From the IMG/VR virus record IMGVR_UViG_3300025660_000004: a stretch of 64,000 bases of DNA. One strand, 5' to 3'. The notes under the pieces are model-generated. The model searched no databases. It was not told the origin of the DNA and saw only the letters and a program-made list of their open reading frames with translations. The stretch comes from an uncultured virus (IMG/VR IMGVR_UViG_3300025660_000004). Lineage: Duplodnaviria > Heunggongvirae > Uroviricota > Caudoviricetes. Position numbers and translations under genes: made by a program. Shown here piece after piece: positions 27,367 through 37,557 of the stretch (positions are counted from its first letter, which is position 1; each line of letters opens with the position of its first letter).

Positions 27367-28266
27367 ATGTGTGAAATCTCCCCCGACAACGGCAACGGCA
27401 ACGTCGCCGCCTCCCCCTTCTCCTCCGCGCAGGGTGCTGCCGATGCCGCACAGACCGCGCAGGAGGGTGCCTGCTTCCTGGCCGAGTTCTGGGTCGAGCA
27501 GGGGGTGTGCTTCACCTCCGGCCACATCGTCCACGCTCTCCGCGAGGCTCGCGGTCGCAGCCTGATGGTGAACCAGCGCCCCACCGGGCAGGCCCTCCAG
27601 GACTACTTCACCTCCGGCGACCTGCCCTCGTTCGACGACGGCCTCGGCGGCGACGGTGAGCGTCCGGTCCGCAAGCTCCGCTCGACCAGCCGCACCGACA
27701 CCCGGACGCCCGTGGGCACCGAGGTCTTCGTCTACGGCCCCTCCGAAGACGACATCGACTGCTTCGAGTTCGAGCTGAACATCGCGGAAGCCCCGCTGGT
27801 GGACGACGGCCAGGGCGGCACGACCTCCCCCGCCGCTGCCCTGCTCAACGCCACGCCGAACCTCGCGGCGGGAGCCCCGGGCTCCTCCGTCATCCCCCCG
27901 GTCCAGCCCAGCGGCACCGTCGCCACGGCCCACGGCAAGATGGTCCCCGGCACGCCCCTGGCGGTCATCCACACGCGGGGCAAGGGTCAGGTCCGCCTGA
28001 CCATCCCGCGCATCGCCTTCGAGGCTCTGGCCTTCGAGACCGGCGACCCGATCACGGGCGGACAGCCGCTCTACGTCGCGGACAACGGCGGGGTCGTGAC
28101 GGTCTGCCAGGACCAGGCCAACAACAACGGGACGGCCTACAACCCGACGACCGACCGCCTCCGGCTCCACCTGCCGGTCACCCTGCCCCTGACGGTCGGC
28201 ACCGAGTTCAGCATCGTGGTCGGCACGGACGGCCTGACCATCGACCTCAACGACCCGCGCCCCTAG
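27367..28266 (+). CDS. hypothetical protein
   Basis: 299-aa ORF with GC3-biased codon usage. Confidence 0.7.
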   Translation: MCEISPDNGNGNVAASPFSSAQGAADAAQTAQEGACFLAEFWVEQGVCFTSGHIVHALREARGRSLMVNQRPTGQALQDYFTSGDLPSFDDGLGGDGERPVRKLRSTSRTDTRTPVGTEVFVYGPSEDDIDCFEFELNIAEAPLVDDGQGGTTSPAAALLNATPNLAAGAPGSSVIPPVQPSGTVATAHGKMVPGTPLAVIHTRGKGQVRLTIPRIAFEALAFETGDPITGGQPLYVADNGGVVTVCQDQANNNGTAYNPTTDRLRLHLPVTLPLTVGTEFSIVVGTDGLTIDLNDPRP

Positions 28267-28315
28267 GAAACGAACGCCGGGGCTGCTCCGTCGTCCAACT
28301 CCGTCGCCCCGGCGG

Positions 28316-28954
28316 TCAGAAGGCCCGGTCACCCGTCAAGGGGGCCGGGTCTTCGCCCTTTGGGGTCGGATACCACTTGCTGTAGGTGTAGGCCTCCGCA
28401 GCGCGAACGGCCTCGCGGTAGTAGGCCTCCCGGTCGCCTAGGTCCGTGACGGCCGGATCTTGGGGTCGTGGGGTCACATGGACGGGCTTCATCCCCATCA
28501 CCAGCTCGCGGTCGTACTCGACCCCGGCGAGGTCGAGGGCCGAGCACAGGTCTTCGCGGAGGTGCTCCTGACGGCCCACGAACTCGATCCCATCGACGTA
28601 CAGGTCGAACCAGCGTCCGACCCACCCGGGGAGGTGGGCCAGGTACAGATCGAGGAACTCGGTCAGCGTCTCGGCCCGGCACACCTGGTCCAGATCACGG
28701 GACGGATGCCAGCCTCGCCTCTGTCGGTGTAGGTAGTAGGACCGCAGGAAGTCGAAGGGGTCCCGCACGAACCCAAAAAGGAAAGCATCCGGCTCCCGCC
28801 GACGTACTTTCGGGAGCTGGCTATGGGTGAGGCCAATTTCGTTGCCTGCGACCCCTATGGCCTTGAGGGTATGACGCACCCACATCCCTCCGGTCTTGTG
28901 GAGGTGCATGAATACAACCGGACGGTCCCCGGCACTCTTTACTCGCAGAGCCAT
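28316..28954 (-). CDS. sulfotransferase family protein
   Basis: FMHLHKTGG (5'-PSB), FVRDP..RSYY (3'-PB). Confidence 0.75.
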   Translation of the reverse strand: MALRVKSAGDRPVVFMHLHKTGGMWVRHTLKAIGVAGNEIGLTHSQLPKVRRREPDAFLFGFVRDPFDFLRSYYLHRQRRGWHPSRDLDQVCRAETLTEFLDLYLAHLPGWVGRWFDLYVDGIEFVGRQEHLREDLCSALDLAGVEYDRELVMGMKPVHVTPRPQDPAVTDLGDREAYYREAVRAAEAYTYSKWYPTPKGEDPAPLTGDRAF

Positions 28955-29022
28955 GGTTGTCCCCGCCCGTATGGGCTTGAACCTACCCCGCTGGGTAAGG
29001 TGCTCCTGCGAAGGAGATGGGC

Positions 29023-29595
29023 ATGAAGAAACGACCGCTCCAGATTCACATCCCCAAGACGGCAGGGGCTTCTGTGCGGCAGGCCCTTGGGGTCAAAGAC
29101 CCGGAGCACTTGCGGGGCGATCAACTGCGGGCACACGTCGGAGAGGACCAGTGGGCTGCGGGCTTCAAGTTCACGTTCGTTCGGAACCCCTACGACCGCT
29201 TGCTGATCTTCTACTTCTGGGGATGCTCTACCAAACGCCGGGTGCGGCGCTCTACCAAACGCTGGAGCGCATCCCGGTTCGTTGCAAAGTGGCCCACCTT
29301 CAATGAGTTCGCGACTGACATGATGCGGCAGGCCCTCGACGGCAGGACCCCCGCCGCCGCTCTGACGCAGCTCTACTGGATTGGCGGTGTTGATCTGGAC
29401 ATGGTGGGGCGCTTCGAGGACATGGACCGCGATTGGCCCCTCGTCTGTGAACACCTCGGCGTCCCCAACATCGTGCTGCCAGAGGTTCATGTCACTCAGC
29501 ATGAGCCCTACCCCGCCTACTACGATGCAGAGGCCCGCGAGCTGGTGCGGCGGGTGTTCCAAGGCGATCTAGACGCCTTCGGATACTCCTTCTAG
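29023..29595 (+). CDS. sulfotransferase family 2 protein
   Basis: IHIPKTAGAS, FVRNPYDRL, VGRFEDM, DLDAFGY. Confidence 0.85.
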   Translation: MKKRPLQIHIPKTAGASVRQALGVKDPEHLRGDQLRAHVGEDQWAAGFKFTFVRNPYDRLLIFYFWGCSTKRRVRRSTKRWSASRFVAKWPTFNEFATDMMRQALDGRTPAAALTQLYWIGGVDLDMVGRFEDMDRDWPLVCEHLGVPNIVLPEVHVTQHEPYPAYYDAEARELVRRVFQGDLDAFGYSF

Positions 29596-32500
29596 TCACC
29601 CCCGGGCCTCGACAGCAGATACAGGGTCTTGGCGGGCTCCATCGGACAGGGCACCTCGGTGACCTGGATCTCCGGCGGCACCGTGAAGGGCCGGTAGAAG
29701 GTGTGCTTCGCAAAGGCCCCTTGGTACTTCTCGACGATCTTGTCGTTCCACGCGACGACCAGGGCCACCTTCTTGAATGAGCGGCAGACGTTGGCGATCA
29801 CCATGTCGTGCCGTCGCTGGGTGGACTGGTGGAACAGCACGTCGAAGCAGATCACCAAGTCGGCCTTGGCCGAGATCTTGCGGCCGAAGTCCTTGACCTT
29901 GAACGTCTGGTTCGGCAGGGCCTTCGTCTGGTTCAGCCGCACTGCGGTGGGTGAGATGTCAAGCCCTTGAAAGGACGCCAGCTCCGGCAGAGCCTTGCCC
30001 ACGGCGGTAGCGATGCGCCCGTCGCCACACCCCAGGTCCAGAATGCTGGCCACCCCGAACTGCTTGGCTGCCGCCACGACCTGCCGCACCTTCCAGCGGG
30101 CCTCCTTTCCCTCCGAACCTGAGCCGCTGCCCTTTCCACTCAGGTAGTTGTCCTCCCAGTACCCTGCCTCGGTGTACTCCGATGGCTTTCGGATGGCGAT
30201 GATGACGCCCTTGACGCCCTTGTCCCCGGACTGGAGGGGCTTGCCTTCCCAGTCGGTGCAGGCCACCACCGCCCCCAGAGGTTGCAAGACGCTGAGATAG
30301 TCGGCCACGGTGTTCTGGTGGATTTTGCCTGTCGGACGTGCGCCCGAGAAGGTGGTCACGATCTGGAGCACGAAGGTCCCACCCGGCTTGATCCACTCGA
30401 ACAGCCGTTCACAGCGGGCCGCGAGCTTCGCGTCCATGTTGTAGAGGAACCACGACATGCCCCGAGCGAAGATGCCGTCCACCGGCTCACTGGGGGTGTA
30501 CTTCTGCAACTGACCGGCCACGAAAGTCGGCCCCTTGTATTGAGCCTTCGCCGCCTCAATGCCCACGGAGGATTTGTCCAGCGCGGTCACCCGAAAGCCA
30601 AGCTCGTGCAACAGCGATGCGTGGAACCCCTTCCCGCACCCGACCTCAAGAATGTGCCCACCGGCAGGCCACCCTGCGGCCTTCGCCACCAGGTCGCGAA
30701 TGAGCGTGATCTGGGCGGGGCGCGTCGGTTCGTAGTTCCACCCGCCCTTTGCGTAGAAGCTGTCGTAGTAATCGCTCATGGGAGTCTCCGGGTGACTGAG
30801 GGTTTGTCGAACGCGCTGGTCGAACGCCCGCTCGCTGGGGAGCGGGAACAACGTCCACGGCATGTGCCGCTTGGTCAGCTTTGTTCTCGCCATCTCCACG
30901 TCCATCGAGGTGTTTGCGGCCTTGTCTGAATGGGAGAAGATGCTGTCAGCGTAGTAGTCGAGATTGCGGAGCCATCTGCCGGGATGGGCTAGGACCACCA
31001 GAGGCACCCGTTGTTGCTGGCTCAGAACCCCAAACCAGTTGTCGGCCATGTTCGGCAGGGCAAAGTCTGAGGGGCGGACGCGGATCGTGTCCGTGTGGAA
31101 GCCCGCGACCCCGGTGCCGAGGATGTGGGCTGGGGTGTCGCAGCTCAGGGGTTCAGAGAATCGAATGGACCGCTTGGACCGGATGTAGCTGTGGATGGGG
31201 GGGACCAGGACGTTGCCGTGGAACCCAACGGCGGCCTTGCGGTGGTACTTCTCGATGCCACGGACGACCTGGGCCACATAGTCCGGCGGGTAGATGATGT
31301 CGTCGTCGCAGGTCAGGTAGTACCCCTCATCCTGACCCGTCCAGAACATCTTGCCCGCGTCTCCGCGATCCCCGTGGTCCTGACTGCGGGCCACCGTGAT
31401 CCGAGGGTGCTTCAGAAACTCGGGTACATCTCCGTAGCCATTCAGGTACAGGCAAAGCCGATCCACTTGGGGCAGCAGCGACTCCACCACACGGGGCAAG
31501 GTCTTTGCCCTGGAAGGGATGCAGGCTAGAGCTGCGACGACCATGGTGTGATCGGGCATCAGATTCCCCGTGACCTTGCCGATGGCACCCCGCTCAGGGG
31601 ACAGGCAGGGAACGGGTTTGCCCCGCTTGTACCCGGCCTGATCCCTTTTGATCCTGCGGCTGTGCCGGAGGCGTACCGGCGATTTGTTGTTCGTGTCCTT
31701 GTGGCGGGTGAGCTGGCCACCGCTTTGCCGGGCGTCGTACAGCGACTCAGGAAGAACCTTGGAGCGCAGCCCCGCAGCGAACCCCCGCCTCACGAACTCC
31801 GAGTCAGCGGCACACCGCCAGTTGTAGTAGCCCCCAAGCCGATCCAGCACCTTCCGCCGGAACATCCAGACCCCGAAGGCCGGTCCCTTGACCAGCTCCG
31901 TTGCATGGTTCTCGCCCACCGTGGAGTACCACGAGTTCACGAACGAGAGGTTCGGGTTGGCCTCAAATGCTCGGATGAACTTGAACAACCTGCCGGGCGG
32001 GATGGTGTCATCGGCATCTACGGACTGCACCAGCTCACCCTGAGTGAATAGCTCCAAGGTGTTGCGGACGAAGTAGGGGCCACCATTGGTGACCATGTCC
32101 ACGACGCCGACCCTAGGGTCGTGGATGGCGTGGGCCACCTTCGAGGTGGCCGGGTGGTTGTCCACCCCAATCAACACCTGCAACCGCCACCCTGTCGGGA
32201 GCCGCTGTTCAAGAACCGACTCGACCGCCAAAGGCAACCACCGAACGGCATTGAAGGCTGCGATCAGGATAGTCAAGACCTGCTTTCGGATCACCCGCAA
32301 GGGTGGAGCCTGCGCCGTCCCGTGAAGCTGCCAGCGCGGCCAGCTCAGCACCGTTTGGGTGTTCACGTCGGAGGTGGACCGCCGGACATCCCTAGGCTCG
32401 GTCAACAGCTTGGGCTGGGCCGCGTGGGCGAAGATGCTGTTGCCGACTGTCCCTTTGATGAACCGCAGCCATCGGCCCTTGTGGGCCAGAACCAGCAAGG

Positions 32501-34226
32501 GGATGCGCTTGCGCTGCGCGACAAGGGCGAAGGCAACATCGACCATGTTGGGCACAGGGAAGTCAGCTCGCTGAAGGCGCAACAGGTCGGTGTGGTAGGC
32601 CAGAACTCCAGTGCCGATGACGTGGGCTGGCGTGTCAGCCCCGACGTGCTTCATGCAGTGCAGGACTTGGCGGGATGAATGGTAGGTCGAGATCGGGAAC
32701 CGAAGCCGACTTCCGTGGTACGACACCGCAGCCCGGTAGCCCTGCTTGGCCAACGACTGGGTGGTCCGCCGCACATAGTCCGGCGGGTAGATGATGTCGT
32801 CGTCGCAGACGAAGTGGAAGCCCGACAGGGCCTCGCACCAGAACATCTTGCCCGCTGCACCACGGTCCCCGTGGTCCTGACTGCGGGCCACTATGATCCG
32901 AGGGTGGTCCAGAAACTCGGGCACGTCGGCGTAGCCATTGAGGTACACGCAGAGCCGATCCACTTGGGGCAGTAGCGACGCCACCACCTGCTTCAGAGCT
33001 TTCCGCCGGGCTGGGATACTGGCCAGTGTTGCCGTGACCTCGTTCCAGCGGCCTCTGGGTGCCATCGTCAGCCCTTGGATGGACCGGATGATCTCAGCAG
33101 GCAGGTTCGCCGAGGTCCAGTGACCCTCACCGACGATGCTGAACTTGCCCTTCCTGCGCTTCTTGCCCTTCTTGGGGAACGGACGGGTGTTGATGTTGTT
33201 CCCGTGCTGGAGGCAGATGAGACCCTCACCGATGTCCCCGCTGATGTCGGCGAACCGGCCCGTGGTCGCCTTGGTGCGGATGCGGTATTCGAGGTGGCCG
33301 TCCTTGCCTGCGGCTACCGAGGGGTAGCCGCCCACCTTGAGGAAGAGCTGCCTCGTGATCGAGATGGAGGTGCCGACGTGACCGCTGATGGCCTTCCCGT
33401 CCCACCGAGCCATTGCTCCGGTGGTCGTGTTGAGGAACCGATGCAGCCCCGTACCTGACCACTGTGCCCCCTGGTCGAACGCGCGGACAGCAGCCGCTAG
33501 ACGGTTCGGTGGCTGAAGGTCATCGTCGTCGGCCATGAGCAGCAGCTCGGCCTCTGTGCTTTTGGCCAGGTGGTTGAGCTTGTCCGTGACCTTCGATGAC
33601 TCCGTCGCGAAGAATCTGGCTCTGGCGTAGCGGGTCACCACATCCTTGCCGGGGTCGTTCGCCTGACCAGCGACCATGATCTCGTAGTCCCACCCCGCAG
33701 GGACCTGCTGCAAGCTCAGGTGGTGGAGCACCGCCGCGAGAAGCTGCGGACGGTTGGACGTGGCGACGAGGAACACCGCCAGGCGGGTGCCTGGAGCCGG
33801 TGACCACTCGACCGGAGCTACCGGCCACTCGACCGGAGCCACCGGCCACTCAGCCACCACCGGCTCCAGGGGATGAAGGACCACCACAGGCTCACGGGGC
33901 TTCCATCCGAACTTCGGATAGGTCACCAGCTCAGGCAGACCGGGGATCAGCTCCCGGAGGTCAGCACCAGGCGGGACCAGCAAGGCGGGCGAGGCAGAGT
34001 CCGCCATGTACGCAGCGGCATCAGCACGGGTTCCTGGTTCCCCATGCCAGCCGTGTCGCCGGATGATCTTCCGCTCGGCCTTGTTGACCCCACCCCCACC
34101 GAAGACCCGGACCTGAAGTCGCCAGCCCTGCTGAACGGCAGAGGACAGCAGCGTGAGCTGCTCGATGGCCTCTCCGGGCCTCGTAGTCGTGATGACGATG
34201 AGGCGATGTGCTTGCTTGACGGCCAC
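29592..34226 (-). CDS. multidomain glycosyltransferase (several GT2/GT-A domains) fused to two SAM-dependent methyltransferase domains
   Basis: DxD motifs ADDDD, CDDD x2, VDADD; ILEVGCGKG and ILDLGCGDG. Confidence 0.85.
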   Translation of the reverse strand: MAVKQAHRLIVITTTRPGEAIEQLTLLSSAVQQGWRLQVRVFGGGGVNKAERKIIRRHGWHGEPGTRADAAAYMADSASPALLVPPGADLRELIPGLPELVTYPKFGWKPREPVVVLHPLEPVVAEWPVAPVEWPVAPVEWSPAPGTRLAVFLVATSNRPQLLAAVLHHLSLQQVPAGWDYEIMVAGQANDPGKDVVTRYARARFFATESSKVTDKLNHLAKSTEAELLLMADDDDLQPPNRLAAAVRAFDQGAQWSGTGLHRFLNTTTGAMARWDGKAISGHVGTSISITRQLFLKVGGYPSVAAGKDGHLEYRIRTKATTGRFADISGDIGEGLICLQHGNNINTRPFPKKGKKRRKGKFSIVGEGHWTSANLPAEIIRSIQGLTMAPRGRWNEVTATLASIPARRKALKQVVASLLPQVDRLCVYLNGYADVPEFLDHPRIIVARSQDHGDRGAAGKMFWCEALSGFHFVCDDDIIYPPDYVRRTTQSLAKQGYRAAVSYHGSRLRFPISTYHSSRQVLHCMKHVGADTPAHVIGTGVLAYHTDLLRLQRADFPVPNMVDVAFALVAQRKRIPLLVLAHKGRWLRFIKGTVGNSIFAHAAQPKLLTEPRDVRRSTSDVNTQTVLSWPRWQLHGTAQAPPLRVIRKQVLTILIAAFNAVRWLPLAVESVLEQRLPTGWRLQVLIGVDNHPATSKVAHAIHDPRVGVVDMVTNGGPYFVRNTLELFTQGELVQSVDADDTIPPGRLFKFIRAFEANPNLSFVNSWYSTVGENHATELVKGPAFGVWMFRRKVLDRLGGYYNWRCAADSEFVRRGFAAGLRSKVLPESLYDARQSGGQLTRHKDTNNKSPVRLRHSRRIKRDQAGYKRGKPVPCLSPERGAIGKVTGNLMPDHTMVVAALACIPSRAKTLPRVVESLLPQVDRLCLYLNGYGDVPEFLKHPRITVARSQDHGDRGDAGKMFWTGQDEGYYLTCDDDIIYPPDYVAQVVRGIEKYHRKAAVGFHGNVLVPPIHSYIRSKRSIRFSEPLSCDTPAHILGTGVAGFHTDTIRVRPSDFALPNMADNWFGVLSQQQRVPLVVLAHPGRWLRNLDYYADSIFSHSDKAANTSMDVEMARTKLTKRHMPWTLFPLPSERAFDQRVRQTLSHPETPMSDYYDSFYAKGGWNYEPTRPAQITLIRDLVAKAAGWPAGGHILEVGCGKGFHASLLHELGFRVTALDKSSVGIEAAKAQYKGPTFVAGQLQKYTPSEPVDGIFARGMSWFLYNMDAKLAARCERLFEWIKPGGTFVLQIVTTFSGARPTGKIHQNTVADYLSVLQPLGAVVACTDWEGKPLQSGDKGVKGVIIAIRKPSEYTEAGYWEDNYLSGKGSGSGSEGKEARWKVRQVVAAAKQFGVASILDLGCGDGRIATAVGKALPELASFQGLDISPTAVRLNQTKALPNQTFKVKDFGRKISAKADLVICFDVLFHQSTQRRHDMVIANVCRSFKKVALVVAWNDKIVEKYQGAFAKHTFYRPFTVPPEIQVTEVPCPMEPAKTLYLLSRPGGD
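33804..33851. repeat. 21-bp tandem repeat (2.3 copies) encoding PVAPVEW
   Basis: CCACTCGACCGGAGC(T/C)ACCGG x2 plus CCACTC. Confidence 0.85.
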
Positions 34227-34241
34227 TCGCCTCTCCCGCGT

Positions 34242-35198
34242 CTAGCCCCAGCTCACGCCGAAGACAGCATCCTTGGCCTCGTCCCAGTAGGCGAACCGCT
34301 TGCACTCGGCCAGCGTGTAGACCTTGAGCAGCTCCTCACCGAACGTCGAGGTGCCCTTGGTGAGCCCCTCCTCCCACTGGAAGTGCCACCACTCCGCGCC
34401 CATGTAGCTCCCGCCCTTGAAGAAGCTCTTGCGGCCCCGGATGGTGTTGAACCCGGCCTTGGCAGCCATCTCCGTGAAGTTCACCGCCCGGCCCGTCCAC
34501 TCGAAGGTCCTGAGCTGCGTGTACCGCGTGCCGTTGGCCCGCTTCAGAGACCTCGCCACCGTCGCCTGGAGCGTCACCACGGGGGCCTGGTCGGCCTTGA
34601 CCCACACCGTCCAGTTCCGCTCACCGTTGCGGACCACGATGAAGGGGTCGGTGTCGGCGTTGCTCATGCCGGAGTACGTCGCCAGGTCGAAGGCCCTGCC
34701 GGTGTAGTGAAAGCTCTTCTTCGAGCGAGAGGGGCTGGACTTCCCGCCGAGGCCCCGCTTGCCGCCCGCTGTGGTCAGGTAGCCGCCCAGGGCCTCGACC
34801 TCGTTGTGCAGCTTCTTGTAGGCCGTCGCCGTGTCCGACCGCAGGGTCAGCCGCTTGTAGCCGTGCCCGTTCGGCATCGGCGTCGCCGGGCACTTGATCC
34901 ATGCGAGCTTGTCGGTCCCGGTCTCCTCGACCGGGTCGGGTGCGACCTTCGGGTAGCCGAACTTGTAGTTCTGCTTGCCCTTGCTCTCGCAGTAGTCATT
35001 CCACGCGGCCATCGAGCCGTCGCCGAACACACCGTCCGGGTACAGCTTGACCTTGGCCTGCCATGCCTCGACTGCATCCTCGGTCTGCTGGCCGAAGATC
35101 CCGTCAGCGGCTCCGGGGTGGAAGCCGAAGTAGGCGAGCCCCGCCTGAAGGGTCTTGACCTGATTCTTGTCGTTCGATCGGCCCTTGCGAAGCAGCAT
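34242..35198 (-). CDS. endolysin-like protein: peptidoglycan-binding domain plus M15-type peptidase
   Basis: LLRKG..VKTLQ..ADGIFG..TE.AV..WQ..DG; SFHYTGRAFD and EWWHF zinc ligands. Confidence 0.85.
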   Translation of the reverse strand: MLLRKGRSNDKNQVKTLQAGLAYFGFHPGAADGIFGQQTEDAVEAWQAKVKLYPDGVFGDGSMAAWNDYCESKGKQNYKFGYPKVAPDPVEETGTDKLAWIKCPATPMPNGHGYKRLTLRSDTATAYKKLHNEVEALGGYLTTAGGKRGLGGKSSPSRSKKSFHYTGRAFDLATYSGMSNADTDPFIVVRNGERNWTVWVKADQAPVVTLQATVARSLKRANGTRYTQLRTFEWTGRAVNFTEMAAKAGFNTIRGRKSFFKGGSYMGAEWWHFQWEEGLTKGTSTFGEELLKVYTLAECKRFAYWDEAKDAVFGVSWG

Positions 35199-35252
35199 GT
35201 CGTTCTCCCGTGGGGTGCGCCTGCACCCTACGAGAGGAGTCGCATAGAACGA

Positions 35253-35666
35253 TCAGAGGAGCTTCAGATGGCCCGTGATGGGGTTGATGCTCTCGGCCTC
35301 GGCCGGGCCGATGGCGATGGCGGTCCGGGTCTTGACGCCCTTGAACACCGTCTTGCCGACATCCTCGACCAGGGCACAGGGGAGACCCGCCAGGGTGGCC
35401 TTGTTGAACAGGGCCATCAGCTCCTCTTCGGAGCCGACCTGGACGACGACCTTCGTGAAGATCCCCCCGACCCACTCGGCCATCGCCGGGGTCAGAGGGA
35501 CATCGAGCCAGTGCTCGTCCGGGATCTTGCCCTCAGGGTCCTCTGATGTCTGCACGGAGCATCGGGTGAAGAACACCTTCATGGAGGCGTGTGCCCCCTG
35601 CGCGATCATCTTCCCCGGCTCCATGCCGATGTCGGTTCGGATGACGATGATCTGCTTGGTGTTCAT
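35253..35666 (-). CDS. pth2: peptidyl-tRNA hydrolase type 2
   Basis: KQIIVIRTD..GKMIAQGAHAS, KVVV, D.G.T.F, TAIAIGP, ITGHLKLL. Confidence 0.92.
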   Translation of the reverse strand: MNTKQIIVIRTDIGMEPGKMIAQGAHASMKVFFTRCSVQTSEDPEGKIPDEHWLDVPLTPAMAEWVGGIFTKVVVQVGSEEELMALFNKATLAGLPCALVEDVGKTVFKGVKTRTAIAIGPAEAESINPITGHLKLL

Positions 35667-35908
35667 CGGACCAGCTCTCCAACGAGCAGCAGCTCGTAGT
35701 TCCAGTAGGGGGCCACCGTCTTCGTACCGTGCCGGACCCACACGAGGATGTGGTTTTCTTCAGAGGCGGTCGTCTCCAGCCCGATGATGCGGCCCGTGGC
35801 TCCGTCCTTCCGGGCGTCCATGTGCTCCGGGCCACACAGCATCCCCTTGGTCGAAGCGATGTGGGTGACGCGGACGATGTTGCCGACCGTCACCTCGTCA
35901 GACCGCAA
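35663..35908 (-). CDS. hypothetical protein
   Basis: 81-aa ORF coupled in operon. Confidence 0.5.
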   Translation of the reverse strand: MRSDEVTVGNIVRVTHIASTKGMLCGPEHMDARKDGATGRIIGLETTASEENHILVWVRHGTKTVAPYWNYELLLVGELVR

Positions 35909-36401
35909 ACTGCTCCTCCAGCATCTCGGCCAGCGTGCAGAGGGTTCGGGTCGTCACCGTCTCGCGGGCCTCGTTGCGGTCCAGCAAGTCGAGTTCGATC
36001 CGGCCACCCACGGAGAAGGGGCCGACGACGACGTTGAAGTAGGCGTGGGCCTCCGTGATGCCTGCCTCCGGCCAGGGCTCTGCGTAGCCCGTGACCGCGA
36101 TGACGCACTCGGCGTTCATGCGGTTCTGCGCACCGAGGCACATCTGGAGGGCGATCTCGTCGGAGACGCAGTTGCACGCGGCTGCCTGCTCGCGGTTCAC
36201 ACCGAGCAGCTCGACCTTCTGGTCGATGTTGTAGGCCACGATGCCACCCTGGAGGTACTTCGACGAGCCCGGCGTGTCGGCGATGGCGGCCGAGATCATC
36301 CCGGCGGTCAGGCTCTCGGCCGTTGCCACCCGGAAGCCCCGCGCGATGGCGATCCGGTGGATGGTGTTCAGGGCTCCGCGACGGTCTTGCGTGTTGCTCA
36401 T
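35898..36401 (-). CDS. cinA: CinA C-terminal domain protein (PncC-like NMN deamidase)
   Basis: ATAESLTAG, PGSS.Y..GGIVAY, K.ELLGV, IAVTGYA. Confidence 0.85.
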   Translation of the reverse strand: MSNTQDRRGALNTIHRIAIARGFRVATAESLTAGMISAAIADTPGSSKYLQGGIVAYNIDQKVELLGVNREQAAACNCVSDEIALQMCLGAQNRMNAECVIAVTGYAEPWPEAGITEAHAYFNVVVGPFSVGGRIELDLLDRNEARETVTTRTLCTLAEMLEEQFAV

Positions 36402-36601
36402 GCGACCCTGCTCCGGGCCTGGCCCGATGGTGTGAAGAACCACTCGTAGCGACCGACGATGTGGGCCTCGACCTCGGCGTGCAGCCGACCTTCGAGGACA
36501 GCATCGCCGTTGATTTCGAGGACGTAGTTGAGCTGCTGACGCTCTGCCGCGTCCAGACCGGGCTGCGTCAGCAGCTTCACCACCATGTCGTGCAGTGTCA
36601 T
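36398..36601 (-). CDS. hypothetical protein
   Basis: AGGAG RBS; ATGA coupling. Confidence 0.55.
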   Translation of the reverse strand: MTLHDMVVKLLTQPGLDAAERQQLNYVLEINGDAVLEGRLHAEVEAHIVGRYEWFFTPSGQARSRVA

Positions 36602-36608
36602 GGCTCTC

Positions 36609-36971
36609 CTACCCCGCCGGGTCAGCGATGAGGCTCCCCAAGCCCGTCTCTGGCAAGACCACCACGTTGCACCCCTCGTTCCTCAAGACCCCTGCCGCCG
36701 CCCGACGCAGATGATCCGTGTCGTCCACGATAGTCATCTTGTCGGGATGCCAGCCGTAGTCATCCATCCGGTCAAGGATGCTGGACCCCTTGCACCACTT
36801 CTCATCAGCGGCAGCGAGCAGGCCGGGGAACTTCCCCCGGATCTCGGAGCCGGTGCTGCCAGACCAGATGATCACCTTCACGTCCGGCTGCTCTTTGAGC
36901 TTCCGAACGAAGGCAACCGGGTCGTCAAGGGTGGTCAGGGTGCCCCTGAAGTCGAGAAGGATGAGGTGCAT
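36609..36971 (-). CDS. HAD-like protein
   Basis: LLDFRGTL, IIWSG, IVDD. Confidence 0.55.
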   Translation of the reverse strand: MHLILLDFRGTLTTLDDPVAFVRKLKEQPDVKVIIWSGSTGSEIRGKFPGLLAAADEKWCKGSSILDRMDDYGWHPDKMTIVDDTDHLRRAAAGVLRNEGCNVVVLPETGLGSLIADPAG

Positions 36972-36976
36972 GGTTC

Positions 36977-37522
36977 CTAACTGGTCAGGGCGATAGAAGC
37001 ATCAGGGGATTCGCCCATGAGCCGCTGGAACTCTGCCAGCGTCGGAGGAGTCCCCAAGGGCATCTCCTCGCCGTGGATGCCGGTCCAGACCGTGCGGGCC
37101 ATGGCTCGCGTCTCCTTGTCGTCCGACTTGAGGCACTTCTTGAGCAGTGCGTTGAGCGGGCCGTCCTGACGCCCTGCGGCTCCGGGGCCTTCCACCTCGA
37201 TGATGTCGGGCAGCGTCGATGGGTCGAAGTCGGGGACCTTCGCCTGCTCGTAGAGCCAGACCAGGAACGGCTGGAACAGCACGCTGATCCAGATCTGGTG
37301 CTTGCGGAGGTCGGAGCGCACGTTGCCATGTGGCGAGAAGAGGGCTCCCTCGTTCGTTTCGAGGTCGAGCACCAGGAGGCATCGGGGGTCGTGGGCTCCA
37401 AGGATGAGGCTCTCGAAGCCCTTGATGGCCGAGCGGTGTGTCCACTCGTCCGGTCCGAACCGGGCGACTAGGAACTTCGACCAGCACCCGCCGCCGAGCG
37501 CCTCGATGATCTTCCCTTCCAT
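36977..37522 (-). CDS. hypothetical protein (possibly leaderless)
   Basis: ATG 7 nt after promoter box. Confidence 0.7.
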   Translation of the reverse strand: MEGKIIEALGGGCWSKFLVARFGPDEWTHRSAIKGFESLILGAHDPRCLLVLDLETNEGALFSPHGNVRSDLRKHQIWISVLFQPFLVWLYEQAKVPDFDPSTLPDIIEVEGPGAAGRQDGPLNALLKKCLKSDDKETRAMARTVWTGIHGEEMPLGTPPTLAEFQRLMGESPDASIALTS

Positions 37523-37529
37523 CCCCTCA

Positions 37530-37557
37530 ACTACGGAGCAGGCTCCTCTTCTGAGCC
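37530..37557 (-). promoter_or_regulatory. phage promoter motif
   Basis: GGCTCAGA-N14-CGTAGT. Confidence 0.75.

Noticed and set aside
25176..27584. 802-aa minus-strand ORF and similar long antisense ORFs (for example 18571..20316, 21728..23515, 33873..35546, 53903..55474)
   Set aside because: These are shadows of real genes on the opposite strand in high-GC DNA, with no motifs or RBS.
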